Assembly: GCF_001194135.2 (NCBI RefSeq)
Contig: NC_068982.1
Coordinates: 53,196,631-53,229,701, forward strand
Origin: Octopus bimaculoides
Taxonomy: Eukaryota
Length of the DNA: 33,071 nucleotides
Direction: 5' to 3'
Position numbers and translations under genes: made by a program. This document shows, one piece after another, positions 23,076-33,071 of this stretch. Position 1 is the stretch's first letter; each line of letters opens with the position of its first letter. The notes below the pieces were generated by a model. It saw nothing but the letters and a program-made list of their open reading frames with translations, ran no database searches and was not told the DNA's origin.

Positions 23076-25450
23076 GGTGGTTGTCTACTCCTTATGCAGA
23101 GTCTGCTCAACTCTTATACTTACACCTTAGATTCATTATGGCGTCTGTTGTGGCTTTTTAAACCAGACAATTTATTGAAAAGACACCCACATAGATTGCA
23201 TATCTGATTTGGACCATCAAGAGCTGCAGTTAAGTTCTGATCTTTGTGTATCATAAAATGTCTTTTGAGACCTCCGTTACAATTGCAGACCTTATGGCAT
23301 ACACGGCATGGAAAGGTGTGCGCAGATATACAAGCAGAATAGTTGTTGGAGCTTCGTTTTCTATGGGTCCTCAAATGAGATTTGAACCCTGCAAAAGAAA
23401 GGCATGTTCTGTCACAAACTGTGCACACAAAAATATCACTGAAATTCACCTTCTCGATCGCAACACTCTTCTTTAAATCTCTCTTGAGTCTTGCATGCGT
23501 TATCCTGGCCTCCCTCAAACGATTTCACTCCACTCGACACTTTTGCTTGCTATCCAGCTCGATCCGAATCAAGGGTTTCTATGGCCTTTGGATTCATTCC
23601 AAGTGACTTCATGGTAGTATTTATGCCGTCCTTAAACCTCTTTTTGGATTTACGCCAATTGTGTTTCCCCTCTGCAAGTTCGCCATAAAACAGCAGTTTG
23701 GGTGTGCGTTCATCCGCCATTCGAACAATATGGCCAGACCATCTCATTTGATTTTTCAGAATCATTGATTTAATTGAAGACACAAAGACATCTGTGTCTG
23801 GAGTAAAAAAAAAAAAAAAAACATTTAATGTTTTAAATGCGGCAAATGCATGTTTGGTGGAATCGTTCTAAATAATTTGAAATGTCTTCATATCAAGTCC
23901 ATGTTTCAAAAGAATACAACAGTGATGGTAAGACAAACGATTTTTAAAGAACCAATTTTGTGTTGTTATTTATATGACGTTGGCGCCAAACGCGTAACTC
24001 TAAATCAACAAATGCTCATGCTGGCCTTTGAATTAGCAGGTGTATTTCTGTATCCAGATTTCCATCATTTTGTACAGATCTTCCAAGGCAAATGAAAGAC
24101 TCAACAACCTTACGTAACTTACCTTTAACGAAAATCTTAGGTGGGGTTGCAAACATCACTACGTGCAGATTGAAACATTATAACTGTTTTTTTCAACTTG
24201 ATGGTCAAGCCAAAATCATTATTAGCTGTGTCAAATGCAGATACAAGAGATTGCAGCCCCGTTACAGAGTGAGTGACTATATCGAAAATCACATTGAAAC
24301 TTAGACACTATATTCGGAACTATGAAGGAGGTTAAGCGTTCTAACAGAATACAGGCAAGTACCTGTCCAACTACAGACAAAAGCGAAATCAGACGAAAAT
24401 TACTTCATAGATCTTTTGGTCCCGATTTCTACAAGGAGACTAAAATGGCATCAATCTAGTTTTGAGGTACTTCCTCAGTTCACCAGCAGTGACAAATTGA
24501 TATATTTAAGAGTTCAACTATTTGTCACTCCCATATTTTAAGACCTCTGCACAAATTCAATCAGACCCTGGAGACTTATTGTTATTCAACTTATTCACAG
24601 CTACATAAATGCCATTTAGAGATGGCTTAAATGCCATCTCCTCTATAACTGAAAGGTGTTCCATTTTTTCTACCATCTTCATGTCAACGGATGATGGTCT
24701 ATTCAAAATGCAGAAAAATGTTCTACCCAGCGCTTATGAATAGAAGCGGTATCAATCAAAAGCAAATGCACATTTTCTATTCTACTTAGAGCTATTGAAG
24801 AAGATTTGGGGCCATATACCTACTTAACATAAGAGTACAAACCTTTGGCATCATTTCTATCAGCTGCTCCTTGCGCCTCTTTTGCTCTGTCATGCAACCA
24901 TTCCTGCTTAATTTTCCTTCGAGCAGTCTGCACTTTCCCTTTCAGCTTTCTGTAAGCTTCGTTTGAGTTGAGGTTCAAGGATTGAAAAAGAAGCATATTG
25001 CCTAAGTTTTGTTTTTCTAAAAGTAGATCATGAATTTCTGGTGATTTGTCTGAAAACCAGTCACTGGACTTACACGATTTAAATCCCACTGAAGAACTTT
25101 TGTTTTAAAATCTACCCTTTGATTGTTTGAATCAAGATTGATACTTTTTATAGCATCGTGGAATCTTTGCAAGTTGCTTGGTAATTTGAAGCTAGCAACA
25201 TTTAACCTTTTCGGTACCTTACGACAAGACTGCCGATTTATAGACATTATCGAAAAATTCATTTTTCCACGCGCTACACGATAGTCAGTCCAGCTCTCTG
25301 CTCCTCTCATGGCCAGAACACTAGAAACACATTTCATATCACACTTTCTGATCATATACATTTGGAGATGAGCTCTGTACCAGTATGATTCGTTGTTCCG
25401 AGCTCGATCTCATTGCATGACATATTGAGCATCGTCTTTACTAATATTGT
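23076..25450 (-). mobile_element. RTE-clade LINE (APE end, linker, partly deleted RT, C-terminal 3x C2H2), pseudogenised
   Basis: In order: MRGAESWTDYRV (APE C-terminus), DWFSDKSPEI...AADRND (linker), ISLLSVVGQVLACILLERL...QCDFR (RT 1-2), FGLTIKLKKT, LPSLLYSFETW, QMRWSGHIVRMADERTPKLLFYGEL...KRFKD, then three C2H2 fingers. Multiple stops and frameshifts, plus a poly-A insertion near 23803-23821. Confidence 0.95.
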
Positions 25451-26040
25451 GTGAAAGGAATTCGCTTGAAGGAAACTGTGCAGAATCCCGTAATAAATAT
25501 ATTTTCCTAGTTGTATTCTGGAGCACTGCCTTCATCGTGAAAGTCGATCATGACAACTCTCAGTACCTGTTTCAGGTTGGTATCTATTTTAGTTTTCCGA
25601 AATTGGATTTTTCATGAACTTTTCATTTTACAGTGTCTTAGTAAAAAATACTGAAACTTTGAAAGCTATTTCCACTAGTTTAACTCTTTTTTGAAAGCGT
25701 TCTTTTTTTATTTTGTAAACATCTTTGGATTTTTTTTTTCAATTTTTTTTTTGATGTTATACATCCTGCCTTTCACGCTGGTTGCAAAATAGGAAATTTG
25801 GTGGATGTCAAAATGATCTTAATAACAGCGATGTTTTTATTTTATTTTTATTTTGTTGAACATGTTAAATGTGCATGCTAAATAGTTAATATGAGTCATA
25901 AAAGCTGTGCAATTGAAAATAAAGAAGGTGTGATGATTAACTTCAATTTTTCTCAGTAGCGTATACCGAAGATATTGTAACCAAGTCTGCCGATTTAATC
26001 TTCCATCCTCGGTTTCTTCAGTGTTTTGACTGTCTTAGTA

Positions 26041-26565
26041 TTATTACCCCTGCCTTAGCGAAGGCGGAGGTACTGATTCAGTCACATTTATTTGTTTGTC
26101 CGTGGACAGGATATCTCAAGAACCGCTGAATGGATTCGGATGAAACTTTCAGGGATGTTTGGCCTTGTGACTGGCACGAACTGATTATATTTTAAGATCG
26201 ATCCGGTACCGAACAAGGATTCTGGATTATTTGTTATATTTACTTTACTTTACATGATTACGATCTTACGTTAACTTTCAAGTCTTTCTCAATTACCTCC
26301 CTTTAGGTTGTAACTATTTTGAATGGCGAATTTGTTAACTCTGGCTTGTATTAGATAAGGATAAACTATTTATTACTGTTACTAAATTTTCTACAGCCAC
26401 CTTCACATTCCACGACTACCGTTGAGATCGATCCGGTACCAGACAAGGATTCTGGATTATTTTTCCGGTTTTTGTTACTTAATTTTTGAGAGCGATCGGG
26501 TTCATTTTTAGCATTCTCGTTGGTGTTGCCTTGGCAGAGGTTTGCGCTCTCTGAGTGCTCTTGTT
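26041..26565 (+). mobile_element. Helentron-associated non-autonomous element (HINE/DINE-1-like)
   Basis: 5' ttattacccctgccttagcgaaggcggagg (subterminal IR plus hairpin) and 3' ggcagagg followed by stem-loop gcgctctctgagtgc-tcttgtt. Internal tttgtttgtcc and a 38-bp direct repeat. Confidence 0.8.
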
Positions 26566-27293
26566 TCCTATTTAGACCACTTCATTTCATTTATACATTT
26601 CCGATACTATTATCATCATTATTTATCATAATCAGTCAAGTATACAATGTAATAATCGTAATATATTGAGTTTTTTGTACTTTTCAAGGGCTCTTGAGGT
26701 TTATTTTATCCGGTGGGATTAGTAATTTATTTATACTTCTTAAAAGAAATTTAACTGTATCCATTGGTCAGAATGTAGCATTAGGAGTGAAATAGTTGGT
26801 AATTCTAAGTACCAATATACGCATGCGTGTAAAGCAGTATTTTCTCAAGATGATATAAGTTTGTACCTGTTATTTCGAAATTATTTCATTGGGATGTGTA
26901 AAGACATGTCAAACGAATTTCTTGTGAATACAAAATATCATCGGATTTGAAAGAAAACAAGTAAAAATGATAGTTCGAAGCATCTGTAGTACGTAACTAT
27001 TTTATCTTTGAGAAATATGGACACGTTGAAAGGAAATTCTTTTCTAACTATCACGAAATTTGGTAACTCATATAACATTAGAAATATTGAAAATGCTACA
27101 AGCTTTTAACATGGAAGCTTTATATTTAATTAGATATACCAATTTATGAGGCAATTTATAAAGCCAGAAATTAAACAAACAGGAAATGAACATAAAAAAC
27201 AAAAAGAGGAAATTGATAAGAAATGGAAGTAGAGATAATTCAGAAAGTTTTCGAAGAAATATCAAAGAGTAAGCATGAAAAATAATCCTTTCT

Positions 27294-27481
27294 ACTATAG
27301 GTACAAGTCCAAAAATTTGTGAGAGGAGACTAGTCGATTACATCGACTCGAATGTTTTAATAGTACTCAATTTATCGACTCCGAAAGGCAAACTCGACCT
27401 AGGCGAGATTTGAACTTAATACGTTGTGAAATAGAGATAATCATTTCGTCCGGCGTGCTAAGGATTCTGCCAGTTCACTTT
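27294..27481 (-). mobile_element. SINE family A
   Basis: gtgctaaggattctgccagttcac head, gatttgaactt B box, tagtcgatttacatcgac body. Confidence 0.82.
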
Positions 27482-28059
27482 CAGCAAGCATGAGAATAAT
27501 ACAAACAAAATGTATTAGATGAAAGTAATAGAAAAATAATAGGAAGCGAAGATTTGCAAAAATTAAAAATGAAAAATAAAGAAAAATCGTGAAAAAGAAT
27601 AATAAAAGCACAAAACTCGCGGAAATATGAATAAGAGAAAACATGAACATGTAAGAAAAACACTAAGATAAAAATAGGTTGTAGGGTGGGAAATGGGAGA
27701 CTGGAAGGAAAACATGAGAATAGATTAAAGTAAAGTATAAAATGGAAACTTAGTGTTTGAGTAAAAGCATCTTAAATAAACGTTTCCCTTACACTGATTG
27801 TTTGGAACTGAAACTTTCATAGCTAAATCTCGGTGGATTTCTTTAAATGATTTTAATATTACATATAGGAACTAGATATACTTTTAATGTATGAAAGATT
27901 TTAGGCATTAAAAGATAAGGAGCTTCAGTCTAATGGCTCTGAAAATTTTTACGGAAATTATGTTTCCTGGGTCTAATTTCTCGTTTTAAGTGCAAATGAA
28001 ATATCAAATACAAATCAACTTCCGTGTAATAAATTTGTTCACTTTATTTCCATATTTGT

Positions 28060-28111
28060 TTTTTCTTTCTTTCTCTCTTTCTTTCTCTCTTTCTTTCTTT
28101 CTTTCTTTCTC

Positions 28112-28166
<55 letters not shown>

Positions 28167-28167
28167 C
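28060..28167. repeat. (CTTT)n microsatellite
   Basis: Directly visible. Confidence 0.92.
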
Positions 28168-28292
28168 CTATTTGCATGTTCAATCTCATTCTCTATTTCC
28201 CTCACTTTGGAACTGATTATATCTGTGTCTCTCCTTATACATATCTCTTACACATACATATATGCATTCTACTTCAAACAATATATTTCTAA

Positions 28293-28301
28293 TATTATTA
28301 C

Positions 28302-28349
<48 letters not shown>

Positions 28350-28420
28350 CCAGGTCACTGCCTGGAATCGCACTCGGAATCTTGGAGTTGGTAGCCCGTG
28401 CTCTTAACCACTACGCCATA
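28293..28420 (-). mobile_element. Short tRNA-like SINE head with (AAT)n tail
   Basis: Minus strand tggcgtagtggttaagagcacgggctaccaactccaagattccgagtgcgattccaggcagtgacctgg has A and B boxes and is followed directly by (ATA)n. The 5' end abuts a gap. Confidence 0.72.
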
Positions 28421-28925
28421 NNNNNNNNNNNNNNNNNNNNNNNNNNNNNNNNNNNNNNNNNNNNNNNNNNNNNNNNNNNNNNNNNNNNNNNNNNNNNNNN
28501 NNNNNNNNNNNNNNNNNNNNNNNNNNNNNNNNNNNNNNNNNNNNNNNNNNNNNNNNNNNNNNNNNNNNNNNNNNNNNNNNNNNNNNNNNNNNNNNNNNNN
28601 NNNNNNNNNNNNNNNNNNNNNNNNNNNNNNNNNNNNNNNNNNNNNNNNNNNNNNNNNNNNNNNNNNNNNNNNNNNNNNNNNNNNNNNNNNNNNNNNNNNN
28701 NNNNNNNNNNNNNNNNNNNNNNNNNNNNNNNNNNNNNNNNNNNNNNNNNNNNNNNNNNNNNNNNNNNNNNNNNNNNNNNNNNNNNNNNNNNNNNNNNNNN
28801 NNNNNNNNNNNNNNNNNNNNNNNNNNNNNNNNNNNNNNNNNNNNNNNNNNNNNNNNNNNNNNNNNNNNNNNNNNNNNNNNNNNNNNNNNNNNNNNNNNNN
28901 NNNNNNNNATATATACGCATATATA

Positions 28926-29578
28926 GAGGGGTTGGACAAAATAATGGAAACACCTAGTATCATAGCATCATAATTTTGAAATATCTATAAAACCGTCAAA
29001 AGTTTATTTATTTTTATGTTTTTTCATAAAAATATTAATGTTCCTTAATATGTTTTGCTAAAATTGCTGTTTCTTTTCAGATATCATCAGAAAAAGATAA
29101 TTTAAATCCATTAAAATGACAGATCTATAGGACTTTCAAAGAGGTTAAAATGTTGGTGCTCGTATGGCAGGTGCTAGCATAACGAAAACAGCCGAAATGT
29201 TTGGTGTATCAAGAAGTACTGTCTCGAAAGTAAAGACAGCCTTTGAGAAAGAGGGGAAAAAACCTCCTCGTCGAAACAAAACTTCGGAAAAAAACCAAAA
29301 CTTTCAGGTAGGGGCTGTCGGACTTTTACGCGAATTATTAGAAAGGATCACAAAAGTACAGCTCTCAAAATTACTGCAGAACTTAATGACCATTTCGAGA
29401 ATTCGGTTTTCAGAAAAAAACTGTTCGCGGGGAGCAGCTCAAAGCCGGATTTCACGTAAGGGCTGCAATCAGAAAACTACTACTTTCAAAAACAAAGATT
29501 GCAAAGCGTTTAGAGTGGAGTAAAAGCCGACAGAATTGGTCCCTAGAGCAGTGGAAGAATGTTATTTTCTCGGGCGAA
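28926..29578 (+). mobile_element. Tc1-family transposon, 5' half (left TIR plus DNA-binding region), pseudogenised
   Basis: TA followed by TIR-like gaggggttggacaaaataatggaaacacc. The frame from ATG 29116 reads MTDL*DFQRG*NVGARMAGASITKTAEMFGVSRSTVSKV (HTH); after a frameshift it reads KRLEWSK...WSLEQWKNVIFSGE (first catalytic D changed to G), where it is truncated. Confidence 0.9.
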
Positions 29579-29869
29579 AGGCTGTGTTTAAAGCTTTCTT
29601 TGTCCAAAAGTAGCTTGTGATGGTTTTATTAATATGTTTTATTAATAGTTTACTTGACTCAAAGAAAAGACAAAAATTTACATTGATGAAATTTAGTTCA
29701 TTTGCAAATATTACATAAGGATTTCTCCGAACGATCTAAGTACTGGGGAAATGAAACTGCGTTTACAAGAATAATCGCTTGAATTTGAAAGCCAAGGAAC
29801 AGTTGAAGTTGAAATTTAAGAACGAGTACCATTGCAAATAATGATCATTTAACAACAGCGATCATAAAA

Positions 29870-30150
29870 ATCAATCTGCAAGATATCGAGACAGTAGACA
29901 GATTAACCTATCTGGGTAGAGTCATGAGTAACAATGGTGATATTGAGTCCAACGTCAACCATTGAACTGGCAAAGCTGCGGTGGTATTCCAGAAAATGTG
30001 CGTTTTCTGGTTCTCCAACACCATCGGCTTACAAGAATTTGGCTCTTCAATAGAATAGTTCAACCAACAGAATAGTACTACCATTTGAGGAGAAAGAGAA
30101 ACCGACAAAAAGTACTCAAACGGGCGCATATGACTGCTTCTTACTAATAT
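29870..30150 (+). mobile_element. RTE-clade LINE fragment (post-RT motif 7)
   Basis: INLQDIETVDRLTYLGRVMSNNGDIESNVNH*TGKAAVVFQKM matches RTE VD.FTYLGS.I..DG....V..RIGKA...F. Confidence 0.8.
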
Positions 30151-30164
30151 TGGTTTCGATTTAT

Positions 30165-30352
30165 TTTTTGGAGGCGGAGGCAAGTCTATAAGTCTATTAC
30201 ATCAATGACCAACTGGTACTTATTTTATTGACCCCGAAAATGATGAAAGGCAAAGTCGATCTCGGCGAAATGGGAACTCTGAACGTAAAGATGGACAAAA
30301 TGTCACTCAGCATTTTGCCCGGCATGCTAGAGTCTGCAAGCTCGCTGCCCTC
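30165..30352 (-). mobile_element. SINE family A
   Basis: aactggtacttattttattgaccccgaaa...ggcaaagtcgatctcggcg...cagcattttgcccggcatgc...gcaagctcgctgcc. Confidence 0.85.
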
Positions 30353-30699
30353 TGCTTCTTACAAATATTGAACCGGATGTGGGAAGTTTTAGTTACATAG
30401 CATCAGGCCCTTCCTTCATATCAATATACAACTAAAATTAATTGTAGTCACTTTTGTAAAATTATACTTGTAGTAATACGATAAATGTCGAAAACATTTA
30501 TTAAAATATACTTGCCAATGAATCATCTTGGAGTGTACGGGGGCGTTAAGAGAAAAAGGGAAGTAGCTTGAAAATATTTGGGAAATACTGCCTTAGAATT
30601 CGCGAAAGAAATATTTGACTGAAGGCAAGATTACAAATTCCGTTGACTTAGAAATGATAATTTGAAGTTTTTATTTCTCTATTTTAGCATACGGTGTAC

Positions 30700-32829
30700 T
30701 GAGGGACGGTGCAGGAAAAAACAACTACGTACAAAGGAGAAAAGCTCGTCAGTGTTCTACCAACACGCTCAATAATTTGAAGTTTCTGGTCAAACATATG
30801 GTCTCAGGAGAAACAACACGAAAATGAAGCAGAGTGATTAAAGACACTCAAAGAGGAGAGTGAAGAGTATCAGTAGGAGGATTTGAGAATAACCGAGGAG
30901 ATGATTAGAGACCAGTGCAGGAAAATTCCTAACGGGAAAGCGCCTGGCCCAGATGAGTTTCAGGGCCTTTGGCTTGAAAACTTGACAGCTCTGCACAGAA
31001 GAATTGCTAGACAGATGGACGAAATGCTGAGTAGTGACATCCAAGTACCGGTCTGGATGACAAAAGGAAGAACGGTACTGTGCTAGAAGAACCCAAGTAA
31101 AGGGAATGCGGTTGGAAATTTCCGACCAATATCTTGTTTGTCACTGATGTGGAAACTGATGACGGACATCATATCAAACAGCATCTATAAGTACCTAGAC
31201 AAGAACGATTTACTAACAGTGGAACAAAAAGGGTGTAGACGTAAGAGCAGAAGAGCGAAGGATGAATTACTAATCAATAACAGTATCCTGGCTGACTGCA
31301 GGAAGAGACACAAAAAATTGGCGATGGCATGGGTGGACTACAGGGAAGCATATGACATGGTCCCACACCCGTGGATTATTGAATGCCTTAAACTGCTTAA
31401 GGTCTCCCACAATATCCTGGAGTTAATACAAAACTCAATAACAACGTGGCGAACTGAACTCACAACATGGGGAAATAAGCTGGGAGAGGTAAATATCAAA
31501 AGATGAATCTTTCAAGGGGACAATCTGTCGCCTCTCTTATTTGTTGTCTGCATACTGCCACTAACGAGCATTTTCAGAAAGATGCGAGTGGGGTACATAC
31601 TAGGCAAGGTGAAAGTAAACAACCGGTGGTTTATGGATGACCTGAAGCTATTCGCTAAGACTGAGAAAGCAATTGAGAGTTTTACAGCAAATGTGCAGAT
31701 GATTAGTTAAGATATCGGCATGGAATTTGGGATCGAGGAATGTGATGTAATGATTCTCAAAAGGGGGAAAATCAGTAAAATCCATGGGATCAAACTGGAA
31801 AGTAGTGAAACTATAAAAGAAGTCGGAGAGGAAGAATATACGTACCTGGGTATCATTGAAAGAGTTAAGATGAATGAACACAAGATGAAAGAAATGTATG
31901 GGTAAGGCTTGTGTAGGATGAAAGATTCCGAAGATAAAGCACTGTACAAGCAATTGAAAACGAATGAAACTGAAAATAGATGGGTAAACAAGAGAATGCA
32001 TGGACAATTTCATAGGGATGTTGAAGATAAGAGAGACAGAGAAAAAAGATGAATGTGGATGGCTAAAAGTGATTTAAAACTGGAAACGGAGGCTCTAATC
32101 TGTGCTGCCCAAGAGCAAGCACTAAGAACAAACTACATAAAATACAGAGTAGACAACTCATCAGAAAATGATAAGTGCAGAATCTGTGGACAAAATGGTG
32201 AAACCGTATGGGATATTACCAGCCAATGTACGCCACTAGCCCAGAAGGAATATACGAGACGCCACGACAATATTGCAAGGCTTGTCCATTGGACACTTTG
32301 CAGCATGTATGGACTTCACAAAGAAAAAAATTGGTACGACCACAAACCCGAAGGCATCATCGAAAATGATAATGAAAAGATCCTGTGGGATTTTATGATT
32401 CAGTGTGACCATGAGATAGAGAATAGGAAGCCAGTCATAGTCTTAATTGAGAAAGAAAGCAAACTATGCTGGATCATAGATATAGCATGTCCAGCTGACA
32501 AGGTATGCGATAAGGAAGAAAGAAAAGCCGATAGGTGTGACCGGTTAGCTTGGAAGGTAAAGCAGTTGTGGTCGATGAAAAAGGTGGTGATGGTACCAAT
32601 AATTGTCGGAGCCCTGGGAAGTAAAAATCTTGAGAAGTACATGGAACAAATAGAGGCTGCAATAAAGGTGGAGCACTTGCAGAAAACAAGACTGCTTGGA
32701 ACCGCTCGAATACTCCGGAAGGTGCTCGAAAAATAAGGGGTGTTATCTTAGTTCACTGGTAGTGAACAGCTGGCACCGTGTTACATCTCCAACGTTAGAA
32801 GCCGTGCAAAGGCAATAATAATGATGATG

Positions 32830-32830
<1 letters not shown>
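30700..32830 (+). mobile_element. R4/Dong-clade RLE non-LTR retrotransposon, 5'-truncated, pseudogenised
   Basis: One frame, 30781-32736, with in-frame stops only: [86 protein letters not shown] (CCHC with H to D), RRHDNIA, RKPVIV...IIDIACP (PD..D nuclease with D to V). The thumb appears deleted near 31900. 3' UTR is followed by (TAA)n. Confidence 0.95.

Positions 32831-32905
<75 letters not shown>
32831..32905. repeat. (TAA)25 microsatellite (tail/target site)
   Basis: 75 nt of perfect TAA between two R4-type elements. Confidence 0.97.
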
Positions 32906-32908
<3 letters not shown>

Positions 32909-33071
32909 CGAACTTAGCACCTGAGCAACTCTGCGCCCCTATAACAACTGAAGAGGTCACCCAGACACTGCAAAGACTAAGCAACTGGAAAGCACCTGGA
33001 CACGACAAGATCCCCAATTTCTGGTTAAAACACCTGCCAGCAATGCATAAAAAGCTGGCAGAAAACTTTAA
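32905..33071 (+). mobile_element. Second R4/Dong-type element, 5'-truncated, continues beyond the window
   Basis: APEQLCAPITTEEVTQTLQRLSNWKAPGHDKIPNFWLKHLPAMHKKLAENF corresponds to RT domain 0 (IT.EE...WKAPG.D.I..FWLK). It is clearly diverged from the upstream copy. Confidence 0.88.

Overview
AT-rich, repeat-dense eukaryotic DNA, inferred to be octopus (coleoid cephalopod) from SINEs that resemble, from recall, the described octopus tRNA-derived families. It has seven N-gaps, most flanked by (TA)n or (TG)n. No host protein-coding gene was recognised, and most ORF-track entries are microsatellite or gap artefacts. The window is a mosaic of decayed mobile elements: a Penelope-like RT fragment with a long insertion-in-fingers region, hammerhead-ribozyme-like motifs, many copies of four SINE types, a ~2.4 kb RTE LINE ending in three intact C2H2 fingers, two R4/Dong-type RLE retrotransposons in tandem around (TAA)25, other LINE remnants, Tc1 and hAT transposase fragments, Helitron/Helentron-like elements and MITEs. 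The most striking structure is a 604-bp TIR element (perfect 37-bp TIRs, 8-bp TSD) whose centre is a (TAACCC)5-TA-(GGGTTA)7 telomeric-repeat palindrome. Family names rest on motif recognition by eye, not database searches.
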